From positions 1,280,001 to 1,344,000 of the forward strand of contig CBDFJF010000002.1 in the NCBI GenBank assembly GCA_965248265.1: a stretch of 64,000 bases of DNA, given 5' to 3'. Below, one piece after another: positions 46,092 to 54,231 of this stretch. Every line of letters starts with the position of its first letter. Position 1 is the stretch's first letter. The translations under genes and the position numbers were made by a program. The notes beneath the pieces are model-generated. The model made no database searches, was not told the origin of the DNA, and saw nothing but the letters and a program-made list of their open reading frames with translations. This stretch comes from Candidatus Latescibacterota bacterium. GTDB lineage: Bacteria; Latescibacterota; UBA2968; UBA8231.

Positions 46092-48173
46092 ATGACGAAG
46101 CGTAGCCACAAGCAACTCAGCAACATAGCCCTTTGGATTTTTCTTCTCACCCTGCCCACGCCGGTGGCGTCGGAGGTGGTGTGCGAATCTGGGGTGTGCC
46201 AGGAGGGTTCCTGGGCTAGCACGGTATGGTACTACACCGAATTCGAAGCGGATGAGGCGGGGGACGGCGTCATCCGCGTGACGGCGGCGGATGAGCTTGA
46301 TGATCTGTGGTTCAATGGCGACAGGATCAATCTGAGTAGTTTGACGTCCAGAGACTGGACGCAGATCGAAGTTGATGAGATAGAGGTCGAGAACGGCACT
46401 AACGAAATTCTGGTGGCCGTGACCACTCAGGGGACAGGGGGCGGGAGCGGGTTGTTGTTGGAGCTGGAGACCGGCGCGCAGCGGACCGGCACGAAGGTGG
46501 GGAATCGGGAGGGGGCATGGCGGTGGTCCAGCGAGGATCCCGACGAAGTCGAGGTGGACTGGGACGATGCCCAGTTGGTCCAGGCCGGCAGCATGGACCT
46601 GACACAGATAGAGGGGCGTACCGATCTATCGGTTGTGCCTGTGGCGGGTTATCCGGGAGACGTGGACATCGGGACCAAGGACGGAGGGATTACGCTGAGC
46701 TTGATCGACGGTCGGAATCTGGCTCTGGGGCAGCCCTCCAACGTCCTGGAAGCCAACGATGGAGTGTTGACCAGCTCGTGGACGCCCGGTGCGAATGCTC
46801 TCAACAAGCATGTGAGCATGGACCTTCGGGAGGTCCGCAGGGTGAGCCGGGTCCGGGTGATCACCAAGGCACCCCGTAGGTCGGGTAGCTATTTTGTCAA
46901 TTCCCTGAAGGGGTATTCGGTTCAGGTGAGCGAGGACCAGTTCCGGTGGTCGGAGGTGGCGGTTCTGCACGGGATCACGGAGTACGAGGAGACGACGGTC
47001 CGTTTTGAGCCTGCCCTGGCGCGATACATACGGATTGTGGTCGCGGAGATAGACGGGATCAGTGCGCCGGATGTGGCCGAGGTCGAGGTGTATGGTGAAG
47101 CGTACAGTGCCGCCGGGACGTTCGAATCGGAACCCCTGGATCTCGACGAACCCAGCGCGAAGAACATCGGCAAGATTACCTGGCAGGCAGACGTCCCTGA
47201 GGGTACCTCGGTAGCTCTCCAGTTCAGGACTATGGTGGATGCCGTGTGGAGTCCGTGGACGAGGGAATACGCCTATGCGGACAGCAATACCTTCGTCGAG
47301 TCGCCCGAGCCTGCGAGCCAGTTCCAATACCGTGTACAACTGTCGACGAGCGTGGAGGGCGCTACGCCCCGGTTTCGGAGTATCACGGTGGAGTCCTCTG
47401 CCGATGATGTACCCGCCGAATCAGCCTCGGGGCGGATTTCGCCGGTGACCGTGGAGATGGGGACGGATACGACATTTACCTACGATCTAGATTTGGAAAT
47501 CTCAGGGCAGAATAGTGGTGTTGAGCGGCTGATCATCGCGGTTCCGGGGCCGGTGACGCTCGACCCGGTTGCGCCCGTCGACGGGCTGGAAGGCAGTGGC
47601 AGTGTGGTGGAATTGGATAGTGTCAAGGTGACGTCGAGGGGGTTGGAGATTCCCTTCGATCCTCCATTGAAAGACCTGGATGTGCAGTTGTCGATTCATA
47701 TGAGGGCCACGATGTATGCGATAGCTCACTCCTGGAGCGCACAACTACTCGCACTGGATTCGGAGAATCCGCAGAACGTGGTCGAAGATACCCGGGGCGG
47801 GGGATGGTTGGTTTCCGCCCCTCAAGTGTTGGGTCGAGTTTTGCTAGACGCTCAGGCACAGCCCGCCGTTTTCACGCCGAACGGGGATGGCAGAAACGAC
47901 CACGCCACCATCGTTTTCACGCTGGCCAAGGCAGAGGGTGCACCCGTATCGGTTCGGGTTTTCTCTTTGGACGGATCGCTTGTTCGGGAGCTGCACACGG
48001 GTCCACTATCGGCGCGACGGTATGATGGCAGTTCGCAGTCCCCGCCGGGTCGCTGGGATGGAACAGATGCCCACGGAAATGTCGTGCCCCCGGGGATTTA
48101 TCTGTATGAGTTGCTGGTGGAAGCGGATGAAGGGGATGAGCGACGCATGGGCACCGTAGGCCTCGTGTATTAG
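46092..48173 (+). CDS. Secreted multi-beta-sandwich protein with discoidin (F5/8 type C) domain and C-terminal FlgD/CHU_C (type B CTD-like) domain
   Basis: Signal peptide; NLALGQP..ANDG..SSW, YSVQVSED..W, ARYIRI..EVEVYG; VFTPNGDGRND, WDGTDAHG..VPPGIYLY. Confidence 0.8.
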   Translation: MTKRSHKQLSNIALWIFLLTLPTPVASEVVCESGVCQEGSWASTVWYYTEFEADEAGDGVIRVTAADELDDLWFNGDRINLSSLTSRDWTQIEVDEIEVENGTNEILVAVTTQGTGGGSGLLLELETGAQRTGTKVGNREGAWRWSSEDPDEVEVDWDDAQLVQAGSMDLTQIEGRTDLSVVPVAGYPGDVDIGTKDGGITLSLIDGRNLALGQPSNVLEANDGVLTSSWTPGANALNKHVSMDLREVRRVSRVRVITKAPRRSGSYFVNSLKGYSVQVSEDQFRWSEVAVLHGITEYEETTVRFEPALARYIRIVVAEIDGISAPDVAEVEVYGEAYSAAGTFESEPLDLDEPSAKNIGKITWQADVPEGTSVALQFRTMVDAVWSPWTREYAYADSNTFVESPEPASQFQYRVQLSTSVEGATPRFRSITVESSADDVPAESASGRISPVTVEMGTDTTFTYDLDLEISGQNSGVERLIIAVPGPVTLDPVAPVDGLEGSGSVVELDSVKVTSRGLEIPFDPPLKDLDVQLSIHMRATMYAIAHSWSAQLLALDSENPQNVVEDTRGGGWLVSAPQVLGRVLLDAQAQPAVFTPNGDGRNDHATIVFTLAKAEGAPVSVRVFSLDGSLVRELHTGPLSARRYDGSSQSPPGRWDGTDAHGNVVPPGIYLYELLVEADEGDERRMGTVGLVY

Positions 48174-48278
48174 CCTCTTCCGGCCGTGGGCAGGAATGAC
48201 CGCGAATTCCTCAAGGGCCGGGGGATCGTATTCCCCTCCTCAATTCGTTCTCGTGGACCTCTGACTAAGGGAGCAGCC

Positions 48279-51032
48279 GTGCGTTTTCCAAGGCTCTCGA
48301 TCATCGTATGGGTCGTGGCTCTCGCCTCGGGGGCTTCGGGGCAGTTCATCTCCAGGGACTACTACCCCCTGTGGGGGGAGTCGTACGAGAACTATGGATC
48401 GATCGGGTATCAGGATGCGCTGCAGCCGATCCTGGGCGTAGGAGGTTCCGGGACTCGGACGACGAGCCCCGTCAATGGCTTCGCGGTGGAGCTGGAGCGT
48501 CGACAGTACGATCCGTTCGGCAATTACCTGGTGGATGGCCTGGACGTGTTTCGTCTGCAGGAGTTCCGCGGCATCGCGCCGAGCCGGGGGAGTCTTCTCT
48601 TAGAGAGCGATCTGTCAGAAAGACTCTTCCAGAACTTGATGATCGCCAGCGATGAGTTCGGCGGCTGGTCCAATCGCGTCCTCATCGGGCATGCAATACG
48701 CACAAATTTCACCTCACTGACGTTGAGCAGGTCACGGTTCAGCGGGATTCGGTGGGATGGGGCAACCCGGCGCAACCGCTTTACCGTTCTGGGGTCCAGG
48801 ATCTCCAACCCCACCCCACGGTCCGAGGTCACGGGTGCGGAGCTGCATTCGAGCTATCTGTTTGGGGGTCGGTGGGAAAACACCGTCGGAGATCTTATGA
48901 CGATGGGGCTTTCCTACGTGACCACCTTCCGCAGCGACGCTACTCGGCGCAAGGGGGGGCGTATTCAGCGCGGGGTGGTTCCTGTCGATCTGGGGCGAAC
49001 CAGTTCAGATGAGCCGGGTGGGATTGAGGAGCTGTATGTGATCTTCAGTGATGACAGTCCGGAGGATGGGTCTGGCGCACAAGTCCATGGGTTGGAGGTG
49101 TACATCGACGGTGCGCGCGCGCACCTTCAACCCGAGGCGGTGTTGATACCTGAAATCCATTCGTATACGAGGTTGAGTCGGCTAACCGCAAACAAAATGC
49201 CGCTTCGGACTCAGTTCTTGTCCGCCGTGCGCGCCGACGGGACATGGTTGTCTGAAGCACTCAGCCACAACACTAATATAGGTCCTCTCTCGCGTCTGGA
49301 AACGATTCTGAAACAGAGGGGGGCCGACGACAGGACGAAGAATCCACGCCACGGCCCCCCGCCAGAGCCGGTAGCGCTGACCGACGGACAGCCCCTGGAG
49401 GCCAGCGGCACCGATGTGCTGCTGTTCAAGTATCAGATACCTGCGGAGGCACGATCGGTTCAATTCCGGGCTCTGGTGGCAAACGACTACTCGATCGATG
49501 TGGCTACGCGCGTGGGGTACTGGGCGGATTGGCACAATGTCCGGCGTGCGGTGGGCAAGGTGCGCGACCGTTCCAATTTGGGTTGGGTATCCTTCGAGTA
49601 CGGGTTCCCCACGGGCCTGGCGACGTATGGGACAGACGTTGAACTCGATATTCTCGGCGCCGTGGTTCGGGGGGAGGTCGTGAACAACGTGGGGTACTAT
49701 ACCTATCCCGGCATCTCAGGGGCGTGGCACAAGCAGAGCACGCGAGCCTACGTCGTCAACGCTTCACGCCGTTTCTCTAGCGCCCGCGGCGCCGCCCATG
49801 TAGGTGCTGAGCTGTTCGATCTTCCTTCGACCTACAGGACCTCGTTTGAGGCTGTGGATCCGCAATCGCCCAACGCAATCGCGAAGCTCTACGAGCTGGT
49901 CGAGGACAACGATGACCAGGATGAATGGCCGGACGAGGATGAATGGCCGAACAGCTCGGATCGGCGCGACGGGGACGGGATTTTTCCCGGGCTGGACGAG
50001 GATGGCGATGGGATTATCGATACGAACGTCAACGACAACGAGGTGCCGGACTACCAGGAGCCGTTTCTGATGTACTATGTGGATCCGGATGGATATACAT
50101 ACGGCGACGACTTCGACAACAACGGGACGGTGGATGTCCGGCAGGACGACAACCGCCCCGACTACCCCTACAATCTGGATCGGCGCGGACGGCATCTGTT
50201 CGCCCGGCTCGAGCTGACCCCCGCGCTGCAGAATACGGTCGGCTGGTATCGCCTCAGGAGCATCACGGGTGGGGGGCGCAACCGGGTGCTGTATTCGAAG
50301 GCCCGGTACGGGATCAGGCGCGAGGGGTTGGGTAGCATCGATGTGCATTACAAGGTCAAACGGGTGGAGGACGACATACCGGCGGACATCCGGGGAGGGG
50401 ACCTGCAGTTTGTGGGCTTCGACGTGGAGGGTACGATCCAGCCGGATCAGCTGTCCATGCGCAACAGCCTGGTCAACCTGTTGTTCCTGGAGACGAGGTT
50501 CACGGGTATCCCCCATCTGAATGTGTCGTCCAAGTTCCGCTACGAAGTCAATGACCGTCGGCGCGCAGAGTTCAACGACGGGGCGGTTCAGGAGAAGAGT
50601 CGGGATCGATCGCGGGCGCTGGTAACCCGGGCTGACTACGAGTGGAAGCTGGGGCATCTCACCCTCATGCCGATGTTCAAGTTCCTGACCGAGCACAAGA
50701 AAGTACCGTCATCGGGACGGCGTCCGTTTCTGCACACACGTCATCTGATTCCCATCCTCCGGATGGATTACGCATTGACCTCGGGCACTGTATTGCGAGC
50801 GGGAATCCAGGGCTTTCCGATGCTGAAGGAGCAGTTTCGGAATGTCGCCTGGCCTTTCGTCTCGCACGATGCGACGAGTCACGTGCTGCTGTTGCAGAAT
50901 CGCGGGAATTACTCCGGGTATGACGTGCGTCTCAACCTCGGGTTCCTTCGCAAAAGCGTAGATTCTTGGAGCGCACTCAGCCGTCGATCCGAGTCCTCGA
51001 GAGAGGTGTTCCTGCAGCTGTACTTCGAATAG
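48279..51032 (+). CDS. Uncharacterised large exported protein, probable outer-membrane beta-barrel with Asp/Asn-rich Ca-binding-like block (paralogue 1)
   Basis: GTG start with AAGGGAG RBS; signal peptide; amphipathic strands; FPGLDEDGDGIIDTNVNDNEVPDY; ends EVFLQLYFE. Confidence 0.6.
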   Translation: MRFPRLSIIVWVVALASGASGQFISRDYYPLWGESYENYGSIGYQDALQPILGVGGSGTRTTSPVNGFAVELERRQYDPFGNYLVDGLDVFRLQEFRGIAPSRGSLLLESDLSERLFQNLMIASDEFGGWSNRVLIGHAIRTNFTSLTLSRSRFSGIRWDGATRRNRFTVLGSRISNPTPRSEVTGAELHSSYLFGGRWENTVGDLMTMGLSYVTTFRSDATRRKGGRIQRGVVPVDLGRTSSDEPGGIEELYVIFSDDSPEDGSGAQVHGLEVYIDGARAHLQPEAVLIPEIHSYTRLSRLTANKMPLRTQFLSAVRADGTWLSEALSHNTNIGPLSRLETILKQRGADDRTKNPRHGPPPEPVALTDGQPLEASGTDVLLFKYQIPAEARSVQFRALVANDYSIDVATRVGYWADWHNVRRAVGKVRDRSNLGWVSFEYGFPTGLATYGTDVELDILGAVVRGEVVNNVGYYTYPGISGAWHKQSTRAYVVNASRRFSSARGAAHVGAELFDLPSTYRTSFEAVDPQSPNAIAKLYELVEDNDDQDEWPDEDEWPNSSDRRDGDGIFPGLDEDGDGIIDTNVNDNEVPDYQEPFLMYYVDPDGYTYGDDFDNNGTVDVRQDDNRPDYPYNLDRRGRHLFARLELTPALQNTVGWYRLRSITGGGRNRVLYSKARYGIRREGLGSIDVHYKVKRVEDDIPADIRGGDLQFVGFDVEGTIQPDQLSMRNSLVNLLFLETRFTGIPHLNVSSKFRYEVNDRRRAEFNDGAVQEKSRDRSRALVTRADYEWKLGHLTLMPMFKFLTEHKKVPSSGRRPFLHTRHLIPILRMDYALTSGTVLRAGIQGFPMLKEQFRNVAWPFVSHDATSHVLLLQNRGNYSGYDVRLNLGFLRKSVDSWSALSRRSESSREVFLQLYFE

Positions 51033-51084
51033 CGGCTGCGCGCCGAGGCTCGGGCGCGGCCTGCACCATGGGAGTTTCTGGACA

Positions 51085-53985
51085 GTGACGCATAAGAAGG
51101 TGTCTATCCGCAGGGGGTTCTTGTTCAGTGTGTCGCTGCTGAGCGTGGTCCTCCTGTGCGCCAGCGAGGGTGGGGCGCAGCTTGTATCCCGCCGATCCCT
51201 GCTGTCACGGCCGGTCCCGGAGTATGACAACTACGCGCTACAGGGCTATCGGAGAATGGGGCGACAGGAGTTCGATCGCGGCACCGCGCTGGTCTTCGAT
51301 GATTTCGGTAACCTGATCATGGACGGGGCGGAGCTCTACCGGCTGTCCCAGTCCCATCCAATGTTCGACGATCCGACGACGGAACCCCGTGAACCGGGAA
51401 GCAGGCTTCAAAAGAGTTTGCTCTACCACGATTACCTGGCCAGACTGGTGCTCGCCAAGGATACCTACGTCGGATCCAACCAGAGGCTCATCATAGGGGA
51501 TCACATTCGCACCCGCTTTACTTCGTTGACGATGGATATGGCAGCGTTGAACGGGATCCGCTGGGATGGGGATTTCGGGCGGCACGGCTTTTCCCTGGTG
51601 AGCTCCCGGTTGGACAAGCCCATCTACGAACTGGAGGCCATCTTTTCGTACGAAGACAACGTCCATTACGATCAGAGGGTAGAGGAAGTTGGGGGCCTGG
51701 CCCGGAGCTTGTTGGCGGCGTATCTGCTGGGTGGATACGCACAGACCCGGATAGGGATGTTCGATCTCGGGTTGACGTATTTGAATCAGTTCCGCGTGGA
51801 CACCCAGGTGGGACTGGCACAAAACAGCTTGAAGGGCACACTGCCCGTCCATGATCCGGGAGGGATCGGGGTGGCCAGGCGGCCCTCGTTCATCGAATAC
51901 CTGGTGGTCAAGATAGCCGATGAGACCGAGCGGGATGGTCAAGGGGCGCGGGTGTACGATGTGCGCATCTCCCTCAACGGAGTTGAAAGGGACGACATTC
52001 GGCCCGTGATCACGCGCCACGACACGGAGGTCCTCGAGCAAAGCAACCTGGGGGCCAACGCGAACATCGATCAGAACTTCCCCCGCAACCGCACCATCCC
52101 GCCATATGTCGAGTTCATCAGGAGTTCCTTAGCGCCGGAGCCTTTTCTGCCCACGGAGACCGCGGGAGCACAGGGGCTGGAGGCCAGCGGCACGGAGTAC
52201 CTGTTGTACTGGTTCGCCATGCCCGAGGCCGGGACTCGCGAGGTGCACTTCGAGGCGCTGGTGGCCAACGACTACGAGATCAGCGTGTCGGAGGTATACG
52301 TTGCTGGCCTCGTACCGAAGGACCGGCCTCAAGAACGAAACCGGGCAACGTATTTCTACCGGGTTGCCGGATCGTCGGGGCGCGTGACGGACATGAGCAA
52401 TCTGGGGTGGGTGGGGTTCGACTACGGGCGGCAGACGGGGGTCACCGTGACAGGGGTCAACCTGTCGACGGCGGTAGCGGGCTTCCAGTTGAGCGCCGAG
52501 TACAACCTGAACTGGGACTTCAGACAGTACCCCGACCTGGGAGGGCAGTACCACCAGCGCCGGGCGGAGGCGTACTACGTCAATGTGAAAAAGGAGGTGG
52601 GGGGGAACGGTTTCCTGGGAGGAGAGCTGTTCCGTATATCCCCGCACTACACGACGACGCTCTCCATTCAAGACGGGAGTGTCGGGCTCTACGGCGCCGT
52701 GCCCTTTTTCACCGACCTCATCTCCCAGGGCGGGGCGGGGACCGTCGACGACACGCGCAACACCACCATGGAGTTGGACCTCGTGGACGACAACGACGAT
52801 CGCGACGTCTTCCCGGAGAACCACTTCCTGCCGGCATTTGCCGACCGCAACGGTGTGTTCCCCGGACTGGATGGAGATCAGGACGGTCGCCCAGACATCA
52901 ACCAGAACAACAACAGTCTGCCGGACTACCTCGAGCCCTTCTTGCTCTACTATGTCGATCCCGACGATTACGCGTACGGAGACGACATGAACAACAACGG
53001 GGTGATCGACCGCCGCGAGGACGACGACAAGCCCGATTACCCCTACGACAAGGATTCGGAAGGGGTGCACCTGTTCACGGGGGGGCGTTGGGACAACGGG
53101 CTGCAGCTGAGGCTGGGATTGCTCGACATGCGTCAAATCCTGGGTGGGGGGCGCAACTGGATGAGGTATGCCAAGGTGGAGTACAACACCAACGAGCCGT
53201 CGTTGGGCAAGATCCAGGCGGTCAACTTCCTGAAGCGGGTCAAGGACACCATCCCCGACGAACTGAATCGATTCGCCTATGACGACACCTTCGGGCCGTT
53301 TGGGTCGATCACCCCGGTGGGCACCCGCGGGGTGAATCCCGACGATCTGATCGGCATCGGTATCGCGAGGTACCAGGATCGGCCCCTGCGCATGCGCAAC
53401 AGCGTCGTGAATACGACGTTCGTGGAGGGCCGTTTGAAGTGGTTCCCGGGATTCACCGTGCGCTCGAATGCGCAACTGGATCTGAATTTTCAGCGGAAAA
53501 CGGCGTTCCACGAGGCCAACCGAATCCAGGACTGGACCTCGGTGGTCGCGGCTGATTACGTATGGAAGCGGGGGAGCTGGACACTCAGGCCACAGCTGAA
53601 GTACATGGCCCAGAGGACGACGGATCAGAAAAGGGTAGTGCTGCCGGCTCACGAGGTGCACTACTATCCCATTCTGCGGATGGACTACGTGCTGAGTCCG
53701 AAAACCGTGCTGAGGTTTGGTGTGCAGGCGCCAGGTCGCTATCGCGATATGACGAACCATTCGGCTGACTACAGGTCGCAAGACTATCTGGCAATGGTCA
53801 CCAACACCTCCTCATACAGCGGATACGAAATGAGCTTCAATGCAGGCTACCAGCTCAAGCGCCGCCGGATGGACGATCGCAGCCGCGCGATCGAGGACAT
53901 AGACTACTCACTTTTCTTCGTCCGGATGGTTGTCGGGCTGAGGGCCTCGGAGGCGCGGGTGACCGAGGTGACGCGGACTATATAG
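51085..53985 (+). CDS. Uncharacterised probable outer-membrane beta-barrel with Asp/Asn-rich block (paralogue 2)
   Basis: Signal peptide; same ordered motif series; FPGLDGDQDGRPDINQNNNSLPDY. Confidence 0.6.
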   Translation: MTHKKVSIRRGFLFSVSLLSVVLLCASEGGAQLVSRRSLLSRPVPEYDNYALQGYRRMGRQEFDRGTALVFDDFGNLIMDGAELYRLSQSHPMFDDPTTEPREPGSRLQKSLLYHDYLARLVLAKDTYVGSNQRLIIGDHIRTRFTSLTMDMAALNGIRWDGDFGRHGFSLVSSRLDKPIYELEAIFSYEDNVHYDQRVEEVGGLARSLLAAYLLGGYAQTRIGMFDLGLTYLNQFRVDTQVGLAQNSLKGTLPVHDPGGIGVARRPSFIEYLVVKIADETERDGQGARVYDVRISLNGVERDDIRPVITRHDTEVLEQSNLGANANIDQNFPRNRTIPPYVEFIRSSLAPEPFLPTETAGAQGLEASGTEYLLYWFAMPEAGTREVHFEALVANDYEISVSEVYVAGLVPKDRPQERNRATYFYRVAGSSGRVTDMSNLGWVGFDYGRQTGVTVTGVNLSTAVAGFQLSAEYNLNWDFRQYPDLGGQYHQRRAEAYYVNVKKEVGGNGFLGGELFRISPHYTTTLSIQDGSVGLYGAVPFFTDLISQGGAGTVDDTRNTTMELDLVDDNDDRDVFPENHFLPAFADRNGVFPGLDGDQDGRPDINQNNNSLPDYLEPFLLYYVDPDDYAYGDDMNNNGVIDRREDDDKPDYPYDKDSEGVHLFTGGRWDNGLQLRLGLLDMRQILGGGRNWMRYAKVEYNTNEPSLGKIQAVNFLKRVKDTIPDELNRFAYDDTFGPFGSITPVGTRGVNPDDLIGIGIARYQDRPLRMRNSVVNTTFVEGRLKWFPGFTVRSNAQLDLNFQRKTAFHEANRIQDWTSVVAADYVWKRGSWTLRPQLKYMAQRTTDQKRVVLPAHEVHYYPILRMDYVLSPKTVLRFGVQAPGRYRDMTNHSADYRSQDYLAMVTNTSSYSGYEMSFNAGYQLKRRRMDDRSRAIEDIDYSLFFVRMVVGLRASEARVTEVTRTI

Positions 53986-54086
53986 GCCAGAATCATGCAC
54001 TGCATCGTGCGTAAAGGCAAAAGACCGGGGTGCGGCTATCGAGGGGGGCCTGTGTCTCTAGTACCTCGCGGCGCAAGTCCGTTGCC

Positions 54087-54230
54087 GGTTGAGCGCCGAT
54101 CCATCCCGGCTCGCGGCGTGGGACCGAACTCTTGGAGTTCGGCCTCGTCCCTGAGCGCGCTCCGCTCGCCGTATTCCCTAATACGACTCGGTCGCGCGCC
54201 TTGCGAGCCGGGCACCTCGACGTTCAAACC
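54087..54230. repeat. ~144-bp multi-hairpin intergenic element (MITE/REP-like or structured RNA leader)
   Basis: Imperfect terminal IR GGTTGAGCGCCGA/TCGACGTTCAAACC; CCCGGCTCGC/GCGAGCCGGG; CCGAACTC-TTG-GAGTTCGG; CGTATT-CCCT-AATACG. Confidence 0.55.
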
Positions 54231-54231
54231 T

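Noticed and set aside
49918-49949. 14-bp repeat AGGATGAATGGCCG (DEWPDEDEWP)
   Set aside because: Small in-frame duplication inside the acidic loop; no independent significance
52129-53781. 550-aa minus-strand ORF
   Set aside because: Antisense to barrel paralogue 2; V-rich composition mirrors Asp/Asn codons
54087-54230. tRNA or known riboswitch identity for the structured element
   Set aside because: No T-loop, D-loop or CCA features, and no riboswitch consensus I can recognise
53995-54231. 79-aa N-terminal extension of paralogue 3 in the ORF track
   Set aside because: Runs through the hairpin element; the signal peptide begins at ATG 54232
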